A stretch of 64,000 nucleotides of DNA from an uncultured Rhodobacteraceae bacterium (GTDB lineage Bacteria; Pseudomonadota; Alphaproteobacteria; Rhodobacterales; Rhodobacteraceae), in assembly GCA_947499725.1 (NCBI GenBank), contig CANMPK010000004.1, positions 211,550 to 275,549 on the forward strand. The letters run 5' to 3'. A program made the translations under genes and the position numbers. Below are positions 40,141-49,800 of this stretch, one piece after another. The notes under the pieces are model-generated. The model had not been told where the DNA came from and made no database searches. It saw only the letters and a list, made by a program, of their open reading frames with translations. Positions within the stretch are counted from its first letter, which is position 1, and each line of letters starts with the position of its first letter.

Positions 40141-40283
40141 ACGTCCCTCCGCTGGTGTTCGTGTATTTCATCTGATTTAGATCGGCGGACGATAGGCGGA
40201 TAATGACCGATAAACGATTTGCCTTAGAGAGAAATCTGTATACTAATCGGACTTAAATTAGCGTCAAATAGCGAAGGCTTCAC

Positions 40284-41096
40284 GTGTCCAGAGATCTACC
40301 AGAAAACCTGCGGCTCTTGTGCAGCTATCATAATTCAATTGCAGATGTTTGTCGTCGGCTGAACATCAATCGTTCTCAGTTCAACCGGTATCTGAATGGG
40401 CAAACTTTGCCGTCTCTGCGCCTGATGCGAAAGATGTGCGATTTCTTTGGTGTCGAAGAGGCTGAGATCTTGATGCCGCACGGCCAGTTCAGAGAGTTGG
40501 TGCGGTTAAAACCTGTTGGCAATGCGATCGAGTTGGAAAAAAACTTGGCCATCAGGTCAGCGGAAAAGATCTTGCAGTCGTCGCGTGCTGATTTGGATCC
40601 CTATGTGGGGTACTATTTCACCTATTATAATTCGATGTCCTTCCCTGGGAAAATCCTTAAAGGCATTTCTCAAATTTATCGCACGTCTTTTAGCACCAAC
40701 ATCAAGACGCTTGAGATTATTGGGGAGACGGGAGAAGACACGTTTATCTGCAAATACGAGGGTGCTTGCTACATGCTGGGTGACCGTTTGTTCATTACAG
40801 CGTTGGAAACGTTGACTCAGAACGAAGCGATCCAGATTATCCTTTACCCAAGTTACACCAGCCGAATACGTCACCTGACGGGCATCATGTCTGGCGTGGC
40901 AGCGCAGGCGGGCCGGCAACCGACTGCGACGCGTATTGTGATGGAATATATTGGAACAAGCGTCGATCTCAGAAAATGTGTGAAGACCTGCGGTTTGTTT
41001 GACTACGAGGGGTCTGAAATTCCCCTGCAAATTCAGCGCAATATTTCCGGTGAGTTCAAAGAGGGCACGCATTTGATGGAAGCGTCGACGCGTTAG
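40284..41096 (+). CDS. XRE-like HTH transcriptional regulator
   Basis: N-terminal HTH SIADVCRRLNINRSQFNRYLNG, GTG start, 270 aa. Confidence 0.75.
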   Translation: MSRDLPENLRLLCSYHNSIADVCRRLNINRSQFNRYLNGQTLPSLRLMRKMCDFFGVEEAEILMPHGQFRELVRLKPVGNAIELEKNLAIRSAEKILQSSRADLDPYVGYYFTYYNSMSFPGKILKGISQIYRTSFSTNIKTLEIIGETGEDTFICKYEGACYMLGDRLFITALETLTQNEAIQIILYPSYTSRIRHLTGIMSGVAAQAGRQPTATRIVMEYIGTSVDLRKCVKTCGLFDYEGSEIPLQIQRNISGEFKEGTHLMEASTR

Positions 41097-41100
41097 GCCT

Positions 41101-42042
41101 TTAGCCTAACTCGCCGCAGATTGGCTCTGCTAAGAACGCCGTCAGGTCAGTGATATTTTGGCTGAGTGCGTAGAGCAGTTTGACATAAGCCGCCGCCGCC
41201 GTGGCCCCTTTGCCATCAATCACACCACCTGCCATGAGGCGCGCGCTGGGGGCGTATTTGTCCAGCGCGATGCCGCCTTCCGCGCAGGTGCTGACAGCAA
41301 TGACCGGTTTGCGATCTTGTTTAGCGGTTTCGATGGCCTGATTGATTTCAGGTTTGTCGGGCAGGGTCCCCGCGCCATAGCAACGTAGGATAAGACCGTC
41401 CGCGTGCGAAAGGCAGTCGTTGATAAGCTGACCAGACATGCCCGGTACGAACGTGATGACCGGCAGATTGAAGGCCCGGTAGTCGCGCCACTTTAGGTCT
41501 GCCGCCTCATGTCGCGGCGGGGCGGAGGCCTCTGCATCAAAAAACGCATCCAAAGCGGAGGAGTGATTTTTGCGAACGCGGGCGCCATGCATACGTTTGC
41601 CTGCGAACTGCACCCAAACACCTGCGGGGGCTTGATTAGAAGCAATGATGGCATCTTGCAGATTGCGCTGACCGTCGCTGTTGTCATCGACCAAAGGCAC
41701 CATTGAACCGGTCACAATCACGGGCTTGTCGAGACCTTCTAACCCAAAGGTCAATGCGCAAGCGGTATAGGCCAAAGTGTCAGTGCCATGGACGACGACA
41801 AATCCGTCAAACTGTTCATAGCGGTCTGTGATTTGTGTGCCGATCCAATTCCAGTCGGATGGCTCGATTGCGCTGCTGTCAATCAAGGGGGTGGCTGTTA
41901 CGATCTCATAGGTGCCAAGCGCTTCGCCTGACTGATACAGCTGCTGCAAGGCGTCTTCGACCACGCCAATGGACGGCACAAGCCCTTCGGGCGTGTGCTG
42001 CATACCCATGGTGCCACCTGTGTAAATAAAGAGTGTTTTCAT
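41101..42042 (-). CDS. ansA: L-asparaginase, type I
   Basis: Catalytic motifs YTGGTMGM and HGTDTLAY, plus PVIVTGS. Confidence 0.85.
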   Translation of the reverse strand: MKTLFIYTGGTMGMQHTPEGLVPSIGVVEDALQQLYQSGEALGTYEIVTATPLIDSSAIEPSDWNWIGTQITDRYEQFDGFVVVHGTDTLAYTACALTFGLEGLDKPVIVTGSMVPLVDDNSDGQRNLQDAIIASNQAPAGVWVQFAGKRMHGARVRKNHSSALDAFFDAEASAPPRHEAADLKWRDYRAFNLPVITFVPGMSGQLINDCLSHADGLILRCYGAGTLPDKPEINQAIETAKQDRKPVIAVSTCAEGGIALDKYAPSARLMAGGVIDGKGATAAAAYVKLLYALSQNITDLTAFLAEPICGELG

Positions 42043-42764
42043 CGTTCGCTATTCTCACAGTAGGCTTTTTGGACCAGTCGTTTGGCCAGTAGTTGGGTGA
42101 CGTCTACCAGATTTTTGTCAGTGTCGGGGAGGGGGATCAGAGGAAGTTCTGTACAGGCGAGTAAGACCGTTTCATTTTCCAGCGCGTTCACCAGCGTTGT
42201 AAACCGTTCAATCACCCCGGTATCATGGCCGCCAATCCGTTTCACATCATAGATGATGTGATGCAAGTCAGCTATATTTTCAGGGACCTCAATGTTGAAG
42301 TCTTCGGTGAGGCTTTGATAGACCGACCAAGCATCAAGTTGCATAACCGGAGCCGCGCCGAGCAGTGCCATGCCTGTTGTCTCTGCTGCGTTAAATTCAT
42401 GCCGAATGACATCTAGAACGGAGACCAATTCGGCCTCGCAGGGCAGGGCCTTCAAGGCATGTTGATAGTAATTCAACGTATTGCAGGCGATGGCGATGTA
42501 GTCGCAGTTTTGCGCCAGCTCTTTGTAGATACTCAGTATCTCAGGTCGCACTGTCGCGTCGTTTGCCTTTAGCTCCATCGAAAGACCCAAAATAGGCGAG
42601 GATACGATGCGCACATTTGGGCCATCCAAGTCGCCTTCATATTCCGTGCCAAGCAGAGCTTTTGCTTCTTCGATGATCTTAACCCATAGGTCTGCGCCAG
42701 CTTCAGGGCCGGAGCCAGCAATGATACCGATGCGCTTGCGCTCTGGTCTAGGTTTGAGGGTCAT
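42039..42764 (-). CDS. Aspartate/glutamate racemase family protein
   Basis: Two catalytic Cys motifs, ACNT and ACTEL, with GIIAGSGP near the N-terminus. Coupled to the asparaginase (ATGA). Confidence 0.85.
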   Translation of the reverse strand: MTLKPRPERKRIGIIAGSGPEAGADLWVKIIEEAKALLGTEYEGDLDGPNVRIVSSPILGLSMELKANDATVRPEILSIYKELAQNCDYIAIACNTLNYYQHALKALPCEAELVSVLDVIRHEFNAAETTGMALLGAAPVMQLDAWSVYQSLTEDFNIEVPENIADLHHIIYDVKRIGGHDTGVIERFTTLVNALENETVLLACTELPLIPLPDTDKNLVDVTQLLAKRLVQKAYCENSER

Positions 42765-43155
42765 TTGGTCTCGTCTAGCTGTTCGTCGATTAAGAGCCCC
42801 GCGCGCTGTCGCTGGGCTGGTTGTTATGTTTCGCAGAAGTGGGCGCGATGGAGCTTACGGCTTTTGAGCCGCCCATGGAAACGCAATGAAACACTGCGCT
42901 GCCGATCTCCGAAAGCATCTTTTTCTGACGCCATGCATTCCAACAGAAAAACGCAGGAAGTTAACGTTGTTTTGTGCGAGCTAAGTGTCTCAGGTTGTAT
43001 CTGAAACAGCGTCAGTCAGCATCACTTGAAAAGCCACAGGTCGTTAGCGGAACTGGCCCAAGCAGAGCGCGCTGCGGCACAATTTTCTGGGGCTTTGGTC
43101 ATTTGCCGCCTGAGTGTGGGGCGGTTCAGCAATGAGGCTTTGAGCAAAATAGACA

Positions 43156-43190
43156 CAAAAAGGGCCTGAAGTCTTGCAAACTTCAGGCCC
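43156..43190 (-). terminator. Rho-independent terminator of the RND operon
   Basis: GGGCCTGAAG-9 nt-CTTCAGGCCC with an A-run on the plus strand to its left (U-tract on minus). Confidence 0.75.
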
Positions 43191-43205
43191 ATTTATGCTT
43201 CGGGT

Positions 43206-46200
43206 TTATGCGGTCTGCCGTCGTTCCTTCGGGAAAAATGCGAAGTAGAACACGGGGGCTGCGATCAGCGTTAAGATTGATGCAAAAGCAAGACCGCCCA
43301 TGATCGTGACCGCCATGGATTGGAAAAATGCATCCCAAATCAACGGTATCATCCCCAAAATCGTGGTGGCCGCTGCCAGAATAACGGGGCGCAACCTAGA
43401 GGTTGAGGCAATCACGATTGCTTCTTTTAGGCTCTCTTGTGGGTTTTCACGGCGAACAATGTCGATCTCTTCGACCAAAACGATCCCGTTTTTGATCAAC
43501 ATGCCTGAAAGTGACAGCAAGCCAAGCAAGGCGGTGAAGGTGAACGGTAAGCCGGTTCCCACCAGTGCTAGGCTGACACCGTTCACTGACATTGGCACAA
43601 GCAACCAAATGATCAAAGGTTGGCGCAAAGCGTTGAACAAGAGGATCGAGATCAGCACCATGATGATCAAACTCAGCGGAAGTTGTCCGGCAAGGCTGGC
43701 TTGGGCATCTCGTGAGCTTTCGTATTCGCCACCCCATTCCATTTGATACCCTTCAGGCAAAGGCATCGTATCAATCGTTTGCTGCACGGCGGCCTGCACT
43801 TCGGCGGCTGTACGGCCAAGCGCAACATCAGCACCGACTGTGATGGTTAGCTTCCGGTCACGGCGCATGACGAGCGTGTTCTGCGCATCAAAGACAAAGC
43901 CATCAATGACTTGTTCGAAGGGAACAAAGGTTTGGCCATTCTCGGCGTAGATCACTTGATCTGTCAAAGCCAAGCCCGAGTCTTGGTCGGCGCGGATGAT
44001 AATTGGGATCTGGCGATCCCCTTCACGATAGATGCCAGCCGTGATGCCATCCGTTGCGAACAGCATGGTAGAGGTAATGTCAGATCGGGAAATCCCAGCC
44101 TGTTGCGCACGTTCCGTCGCATAAACAGGGCGGAAGACTTGCTCCATTTCGCGCCAATCGGTGCGGGGCGCAATGATGTCGGCTGACGCCTCGGTCAATC
44201 GGCTGATTGCAGTCTCAGAGAGCTCTCGCAACACAACGGGATCAGGACCAGAAAAACGGACCTGAATTGGATCCCCACCGCCGGGCCCAAAGGCCAAACG
44301 CTTTGCTCTGAATTCGCCTTGCGGCAATGCCTCGAGGGCAAACTGGGTCATCTTCGCGATCAGAGTGGCGATTTCATCAATCGTCTCTGTTCGAATAATC
44401 ATATGGCCGTAGCTTGGGTTTGGGTCTTCGGCTTGATAGGTCAGCATAAACCGCGCTGCGCCTTGTCCTGAGAAGGATGTATAGGCGATGACGTCTTCCT
44501 GCTCGGAAAGCCAGTCTTCCAAAGTGCCGAGGTCTTGCGACACTTCATGGATCGAGGCGCCTTGAGCGAGCTTGTAATGCACGAAGAAGAGCGGGGTATT
44601 ACTGTCAGGGAAGAATTGTTGTTTCACCTGTCCGAATAAGGCAAAGCAAGCGACCGTCACGACCAGCAGGGTTGGGATGATCAGCCACCACAATGTCAGG
44701 CACAATCGCAGAACGCTTTTGTAGGTGCGAAACAGTAAACCGTCATAGGCATCCGTACCGCCCACGGTACCTTGTTTGAAGAAGTAATGCCCCAGCAGAG
44801 GCGTCACTGTCAGCGCAAGCACCCATGACAAGCCAAGCGAGATCGCGATCACCGCAAAGAGGGAGAACAGGAATTCGCCTGTGGCGTCAGGGCTTAGCCC
44901 GATGCCTGCAAAGGCCATAATACCGATCACCGTCGCGCCCAGAAGAGGGATTTGCGTTTTGCTGGCGGCGTCTTCTGCGGCTTCACGTGATGTTTTCCCG
45001 CGGGCCATCGAAATCTGCATGCCTTCCGCCACAACGATGGCGTTATCCACAAGCATCCCCATCGCGATAATCAGCGCACCAAGCGAGATACGCTCCATCT
45101 CGATCGAGAAAATCCCCATGAACAACAAGGTGCCGACAACCGTGAGCAACAAAGTAGAGCCAACAACGACAGCGGCTCGTGGCCCCATGAATAGCGCAAG
45201 GACGGCGACCACGATGCCAACAGACATCGCCAAATTCACCAAGAAAGAGCTGGAGGCCTCATCGACGATTACGTGCTGTTGGTAGATTGGTGTGAGTTCG
45301 ATCCCTACGGGGATTTGCGGGGCAAGTTCTGCGAGTTTCGCGTCTGTACGTTGCCCAACTGTGACGATGTTTTCGCTCGCGAGCCCTGCCACGCCAATGG
45401 TGAAGGCCTCACTCCCGTCATGGCGGATGATCAAATGTGGGTTCTCTTCGCGTTCGCGGGTGACGGTTGAAAAATCGTATAGGTTCAAGAGTTCGCCACC
45501 AACTCCAACGGTCAGGTCTGCGATGTCTTGAACGGTATCATCCCCTTCAGGGCCCTGAAGGAGGATGCGCCCTTCGGTCGATTGGAAAGAACCCGCGTTG
45601 GTGACTGGATTGGCGCCTGCAATGGCGGCCTGCAGGGCAAGGGGCGGGACGTTTTGATTGATACTGAGGGACAGATCGAGTTCGACAGAGACGACTTCGT
45701 TTGGAACGCCAGACACGCTGACATCCGCGACGCCTTCCACGGACAACAGTTCGCGGCGCAGGAAGGTTGATAGCTCATAGATTTCCGCGTCAGTAAACCC
45801 AGGGGCTGTGACCGCATAGTAGATACCGTACACATCCCCAAACCCATCATTCACGAAAGGTGTGGTGGTGCCGCTCGGCAGGTTCGCATTTCCCACCCTG
45901 TTTCGTAGTTTGGTCCAGATTTCAGGGAGCTCTGTGCCGTCATACTGGTCTTTCATGTCAACCGTGATCCATGACAGCCCCGGTTGGTTCATGGAGCGAA
46001 CTTCTTTAACTTCCCCCATCTTTTGGATTTCAGATTCAAGCGGTTCGGACACTTCGCGTGCGACCTGCTCTGCTTCTGCGCCAGGGTATTGAGTGACAAT
46101 TACGGCTGTCTTGATGGTGAAAGCCGGGTCTTCCAATCGACCCAAAGATGAGAACGCCCAGATCCCGCCTAGCAAGCAGCCCAGCATGATCAACCACGTT

Positions 46201-46238
46201 AGAATAGGACGTTCGATAGAACCGCGTGCAATATTCAT
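43206..46238 (-). CDS. RND efflux permease (AcrB/AcrD/AcrF family)
   Basis: 1010 aa with GMLVDNAIVVAE, IKNGIVLVE and RLRPVILAAATT motifs. Confidence 0.92.
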   Translation of the reverse strand: MNIARGSIERPILTWLIMLGCLLGGIWAFSSLGRLEDPAFTIKTAVIVTQYPGAEAEQVAREVSEPLESEIQKMGEVKEVRSMNQPGLSWITVDMKDQYDGTELPEIWTKLRNRVGNANLPSGTTTPFVNDGFGDVYGIYYAVTAPGFTDAEIYELSTFLRRELLSVEGVADVSVSGVPNEVVSVELDLSLSINQNVPPLALQAAIAGANPVTNAGSFQSTEGRILLQGPEGDDTVQDIADLTVGVGGELLNLYDFSTVTREREENPHLIIRHDGSEAFTIGVAGLASENIVTVGQRTDAKLAELAPQIPVGIELTPIYQQHVIVDEASSSFLVNLAMSVGIVVAVLALFMGPRAAVVVGSTLLLTVVGTLLFMGIFSIEMERISLGALIIAMGMLVDNAIVVAEGMQISMARGKTSREAAEDAASKTQIPLLGATVIGIMAFAGIGLSPDATGEFLFSLFAVIAISLGLSWVLALTVTPLLGHYFFKQGTVGGTDAYDGLLFRTYKSVLRLCLTLWWLIIPTLLVVTVACFALFGQVKQQFFPDSNTPLFFVHYKLAQGASIHEVSQDLGTLEDWLSEQEDVIAYTSFSGQGAARFMLTYQAEDPNPSYGHMIIRTETIDEIATLIAKMTQFALEALPQGEFRAKRLAFGPGGGDPIQVRFSGPDPVVLRELSETAISRLTEASADIIAPRTDWREMEQVFRPVYATERAQQAGISRSDITSTMLFATDGITAGIYREGDRQIPIIIRADQDSGLALTDQVIYAENGQTFVPFEQVIDGFVFDAQNTLVMRRDRKLTITVGADVALGRTAAEVQAAVQQTIDTMPLPEGYQMEWGGEYESSRDAQASLAGQLPLSLIIMVLISILLFNALRQPLIIWLLVPMSVNGVSLALVGTGLPFTFTALLGLLSLSGMLIKNGIVLVEEIDIVRRENPQESLKEAIVIASTSRLRPVILAAATTILGMIPLIWDAFFQSMAVTIMGGLAFASILTLIAAPVFYFAFFPKERRQTA

Positions 46239-46248
46239 GATGCGTTCC

Positions 46249-47301
46249 TTAGTTCGCGAAGCCGGTAAACCGGCGCACTGCTTCGCCGTCGGTCAAAAGG
46301 TTTGCACCGCTCGCGACAATCTCTTGGTCGTTCTCTAGGCCCGACACGACAATCACTTCGCCTTTGCTGCTTGGCGTAATTTCTACGGGGACCGCGCGCA
46401 CCGTACCGGTGTCGGCGTCTGTTGGTGTAAAGACCATGACTTCGGTTGCGCCGTCTGCCGTATTAATGACTGCGGAATGTGGAATGATTGTCAGCTTTTC
46501 CTGATCAATTTTGCTCGCAAAGACCGTGACTGAGGAGCCAGGAAGGACGACCAGACCGTCTGGACGCGTCATCCCCAGTGTAAATTGAAACGTTTGACCC
46601 ACTTCAGAGGTCTCTGCGTTGAACTCTCGGACTTGCAGAGGGAACATTTGATCGCTCGAAGGGAATTGCGCAAAAAGCGCGATTTGCGGATTTTCGCCAG
46701 CTTGTTGAAACAGCACTTCTGGCACGTCGATTTCGATCCGCAAATCTGACATGTCGTGCAGTCGCACGATGGGCGTTCCTGCGCCAATCGTGGTGAAGTT
46801 CGCGACGTTGCGAGACGCAATCAAAGCATCGAAGGGAGCCTTAAGCTGCGCATTGCGCAAGGCGCGCTCGGCGTCTCTTACGGCAATTTCGGACAGTTCC
46901 AATTGAGTTTCAGCGTCGTCGACGCTGACTTGGCTCACTGTCCCGCCTTGTAGCTGCTGAAGCCGCTCGAAGGTGCGTGTGGCCTGCGTTCTTTGCACTT
47001 TCGCTTGATCCAAAGCCAGCTCAAAGGGCTCAAGGTCAAGGACGGCAATCACATCACCTGCGGCGATCGTTTCACCTTCATTTATTGGCAGTGAAACAAT
47101 CTGGCCACCAACCTGAAATGCGAGGTCGACGGTTTCTTTCGCAACGACATGCCCGAAAAACTGACGTTGGGCTTCCGTACCGCTTGATGAGACTGTCATC
47201 GTTTTAACGAGTCTCGGTGCGGTGTCTTGCGCATCGGATGCTGTTGATATTACCAACAGGGATAGAGCAAATGTGAGCTGGCCTAAAATCCGTAGTGGCA
47301 T
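46249..47301 (-). CDS. RND periplasmic adaptor (membrane fusion protein)
   Basis: Signal peptide, lipoyl-like DLAFQVGGQI and LKAPFDALIA motifs. Directly upstream of the RND permease. Confidence 0.9.
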   Translation of the reverse strand: MPLRILGQLTFALSLLVISTASDAQDTAPRLVKTMTVSSSGTEAQRQFFGHVVAKETVDLAFQVGGQIVSLPINEGETIAAGDVIAVLDLEPFELALDQAKVQRTQATRTFERLQQLQGGTVSQVSVDDAETQLELSEIAVRDAERALRNAQLKAPFDALIASRNVANFTTIGAGTPIVRLHDMSDLRIEIDVPEVLFQQAGENPQIALFAQFPSSDQMFPLQVREFNAETSEVGQTFQFTLGMTRPDGLVVLPGSSVTVFASKIDQEKLTIIPHSAVINTADGATEVMVFTPTDADTGTVRAVPVEITPSSKGEVIVVSGLENDQEIVASGANLLTDGEAVRRFTGFAN

Positions 47302-47396
47302 TCCAAAGTTCCTGTTTTGTTGTGTGCGTTTTGCAGGTTTAGCGAGGTCGTCGAATTAGCGTTTTCGTTCGTTGAGAGTCGAATGCTCAAAGCCCC

Positions 47397-47960
47397 TTAG
47401 GACATCATATAGGCATCGACCATAAACTGACTCATTGTTTGTGCATCAGGGGTACACCCTGCATCGATCCATTCTAAGAGTACCGCGATGACGGCGCCGG
47501 AATGGAAGGGTGCAATATAGCGTTGAAGCTCTGTTTGCGTTGCGTCAAATCGTTTACTGCGCGCGAGCTTATGTAGGTTCAAGAATTGAGCGCGACATTC
47601 TTCCAAAGCATTAGATCCAGCTTCGCCACTTAGAATCGTGCGGGCGATATGTGGTTCCGCCGCAATACGTTCGAACGCAAAGCGGTGGATTGCAAGCTCC
47701 CAGTCTTGATTAAACTCCGAGCTTTGTTTGGCCAAAGCAAATTGTTCTGCCAGATTTTGCTGGAAACGTTTGTTCAGTAGATCACCAATACTGTCGAAGT
47801 GTCGGTAAAATGTCTGGCGACCAATACTGGCCCGTCGAGACAGGTCGCTTACCGTGATCTCTGAGAAGCTCTTTTCTCTCAATAAGTGATCCAAGGCCTC
47901 AAGGAGGGCAGAGTGTGTTTTCTCAATACGCAGATCAGTCACTTTGGCCCCCGACGGCAA
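47397..47960 (-). CDS. TetR/AcrR-family regulator
   Basis: HTH EITVSDLSRRASIGRQTFYRHF, TTG start. Confidence 0.85.
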   Translation of the reverse strand: MPSGAKVTDLRIEKTHSALLEALDHLLREKSFSEITVSDLSRRASIGRQTFYRHFDSIGDLLNKRFQQNLAEQFALAKQSSEFNQDWELAIHRFAFERIAAEPHIARTILSGEAGSNALEECRAQFLNLHKLARSKRFDATQTELQRYIAPFHSGAVIAVLLEWIDAGCTPDAQTMSQFMVDAYMMS

Positions 47961-47974
47961 TCGTTTGATCTCAT

Positions 47975-47998
47975 GATATGGATCAGGTGATCCATATC
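47975..47998. promoter_or_regulatory. Candidate TetR operator
   Basis: Perfect dyad GATATGGATC-AGGT-GATCCATATC, 14 nt upstream of the tetR start. Confidence 0.6.
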
Positions 47999-48275
47999 GT
48001 CAAGGTGACGTATGTAAATGATAACCATTTTGCGCGTTACAATCGATCGCTCGGCTGGAGAAAGCAGAGGGCAGCCTAGGAAGAGAAGCTTGCCGCTTCA
48101 CAATCCTGTACCAATTGCTGTTTCCGTATTCGTGGGTGCCACTGCTTAGGCAAAATTACAGAACAACAACAAACATCTCAGCGCCGGTGATCGTCGATAG
48201 GATGCACGCGGAAGTGTGAGAAGAAATCAGAGTTACACCAGATGGGCTGGTCGATTTTTAACTCATTGATTTAAA

Positions 48276-48322
48276 TGGAGGCGAGTACCGGAATCGAACC
48301 GGTGTACACGGATTTGCAATCC
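48276..48322 (-). repeat. 3' half of tRNA-Cys(GCA): att-site direct repeat, not an intact tRNA
   Basis: Minus strand reads GGATTGCAAATCCGTGTACACCGGTTCGATTCCGGTACTCGCCTCCA: anticodon loop with GCA, T-arm GGTTCGATT and 3' CCA. D-arm and 5' acceptor strand are absent. Confidence 0.88.
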
Positions 48323-48458
48323 AGAAAGAGGGGCAGCGAAAACAACGACTTAAGGGTACAAAACACACGCTGACAAAAATTGAACAAAAAGCGAAGGTTT
48401 CAACGTCATTGAACGACCTTTTTGTAGAAGGAGCCGCTCAGCCACATGGGGCGTTTCA

Positions 48459-48611
48459 ATGAGCTGGGTGGTTGCAAACGAATGCGCCGAGCGCCGCTTT
48501 GGCAGCGCCGCGCGCAAGCAGATCATCATGTTTCTGGCCGACAAGGCGAGCGATGACGGTTCGGGCATCTGGTGTTCCAAGGGGACGATCCAGCGCCACA
48601 CAGAGCTCAGC
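48459..48611 (+). pseudogene. N-terminal fragment of a mobile-element winged-HTH (replication-protein-like) gene
   Basis: MSWVVANECAERRFGSAARKQIIMFLADKASDDGSGIWCSKGTIQRHTELS, then the frame runs into the antisense strand of the desaturase. Confidence 0.6.
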
Positions 48612-49776
48612 GATGCTCATCCCAGAGGTGGAGGTGCGCACAGCGGAGGCTTTGCCGGAGCGTTATGCGTTTGGTCTGTGCCAGCATCTCGTGATCCTCG
48701 ATCACCTCGGGCAGGCGATAAAACGGAATTCGACTGGCCAAATGATGAACATGGTGAATACCGATATTGCCAGTGATCCAGCGTATAACGCTCGGAAGCT
48801 CGTAATGTGAGCTTCCGTAAAGTGCTGCTTCGTGGATGTTCCAATTTTCTTCGTGCTGCCAACTGGTTTCTTCGAACTGATGCTGGACATAGAAGAACCA
48901 CATGCCGGCGACTGCACCCAACAGCATGGTTGGCAGGAAGACGAACAGAACAACGTCCCAGCCGCCCAGCCATACGATCAAGGTCAGCGCCGAACCAATG
49001 GCGGCATTTGTTCCCATCGCGCTCAGCCAGTATCGCCAGCCCGACCGCATTAAGTGAACGGGCAGTCGGTTCTGCAAAAAGAACGTATAGAACGGCACCA
49101 CCCCGAACAGGAAAACTGGATTGCGGATAAGCCGATAGAGCGCCCGGCCGAGCCACCCCTTTTCTCGGTACTCCGTGACTGTGAGTGTCGGCATATCTCC
49201 GACACCCCGCCGGTCGAGGTTTCCGGTCGTGGCATGATGGATTGCGTGCGTTTTGCGCCAGACGTCATAGGGCGTCAGCGTGATCACGCCGATAACGCGA
49301 CCGATCCAGTCGCACAGGCGCCGACTGCGAAACAGGGACCCGTGACCGCAATCGTGCTGGATCATGAACAGTCGGACGAGGAACGCCGCATTCACCAGTG
49401 CCAGGGCCATTGCCAGCGCAGTACTGATCGAGAGCATCCACCAGGCGACCGCCCATATTGCCACGAACGGTGCCACTGTCACGGTCAGCTCGAAGATACT
49501 GCGCGAATGGATTGGCTGTCGGTATTTCGCCATCGCCCGCGACCAGTCTGACGGAGCCAAATTGGGCTCTTCCCGCATCAGATCAGTCTGACCGGCAGCA
49601 TTTCGCGTGCCCGGCTCCTTACCCGTAATGGACGAGGCCCGCGCTTGTACTTGAGGCTGCGGCGTGCTCAGAGGCTGAGCTTTGCGGACTCGGTTGGTGG
49701 TCTGATCCGGTATCTCTTCTCGATCTCGCCCTTGGCGACGACTGTTGGTTGAATAGGACGAAAGCTTTATCGGCAA
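48607..49776 (-). CDS. Membrane fatty acid desaturase (possibly clipped at the C-terminus; start uncertain, TTG 49776 or ATG 49578)
   Basis: Three His boxes (HDCGH, HAIHH, HHVHH) and TM segments. Confidence 0.85.
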   Translation of the reverse strand: MPIKLSSYSTNSRRQGRDREEIPDQTTNRVRKAQPLSTPQPQVQARASSITGKEPGTRNAAGQTDLMREEPNLAPSDWSRAMAKYRQPIHSRSIFELTVTVAPFVAIWAVAWWMLSISTALAMALALVNAAFLVRLFMIQHDCGHGSLFRSRRLCDWIGRVIGVITLTPYDVWRKTHAIHHATTGNLDRRGVGDMPTLTVTEYREKGWLGRALYRLIRNPVFLFGVVPFYTFFLQNRLPVHLMRSGWRYWLSAMGTNAAIGSALTLIVWLGGWDVVLFVFLPTMLLGAVAGMWFFYVQHQFEETSWQHEENWNIHEAALYGSSHYELPSVIRWITGNIGIHHVHHLASRIPFYRLPEVIEDHEMLAQTKRITLRQSLRCAHLHLWDEHR

Positions 49777-49800
49777 TAGAAATCCTGTGTGATTGAGCGT

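Noticed and set aside
48276-48322. Intact tRNA-Cys gene
   Set aside because: The D-arm and 5' acceptor strand are missing, so it is called an att remnant instead.
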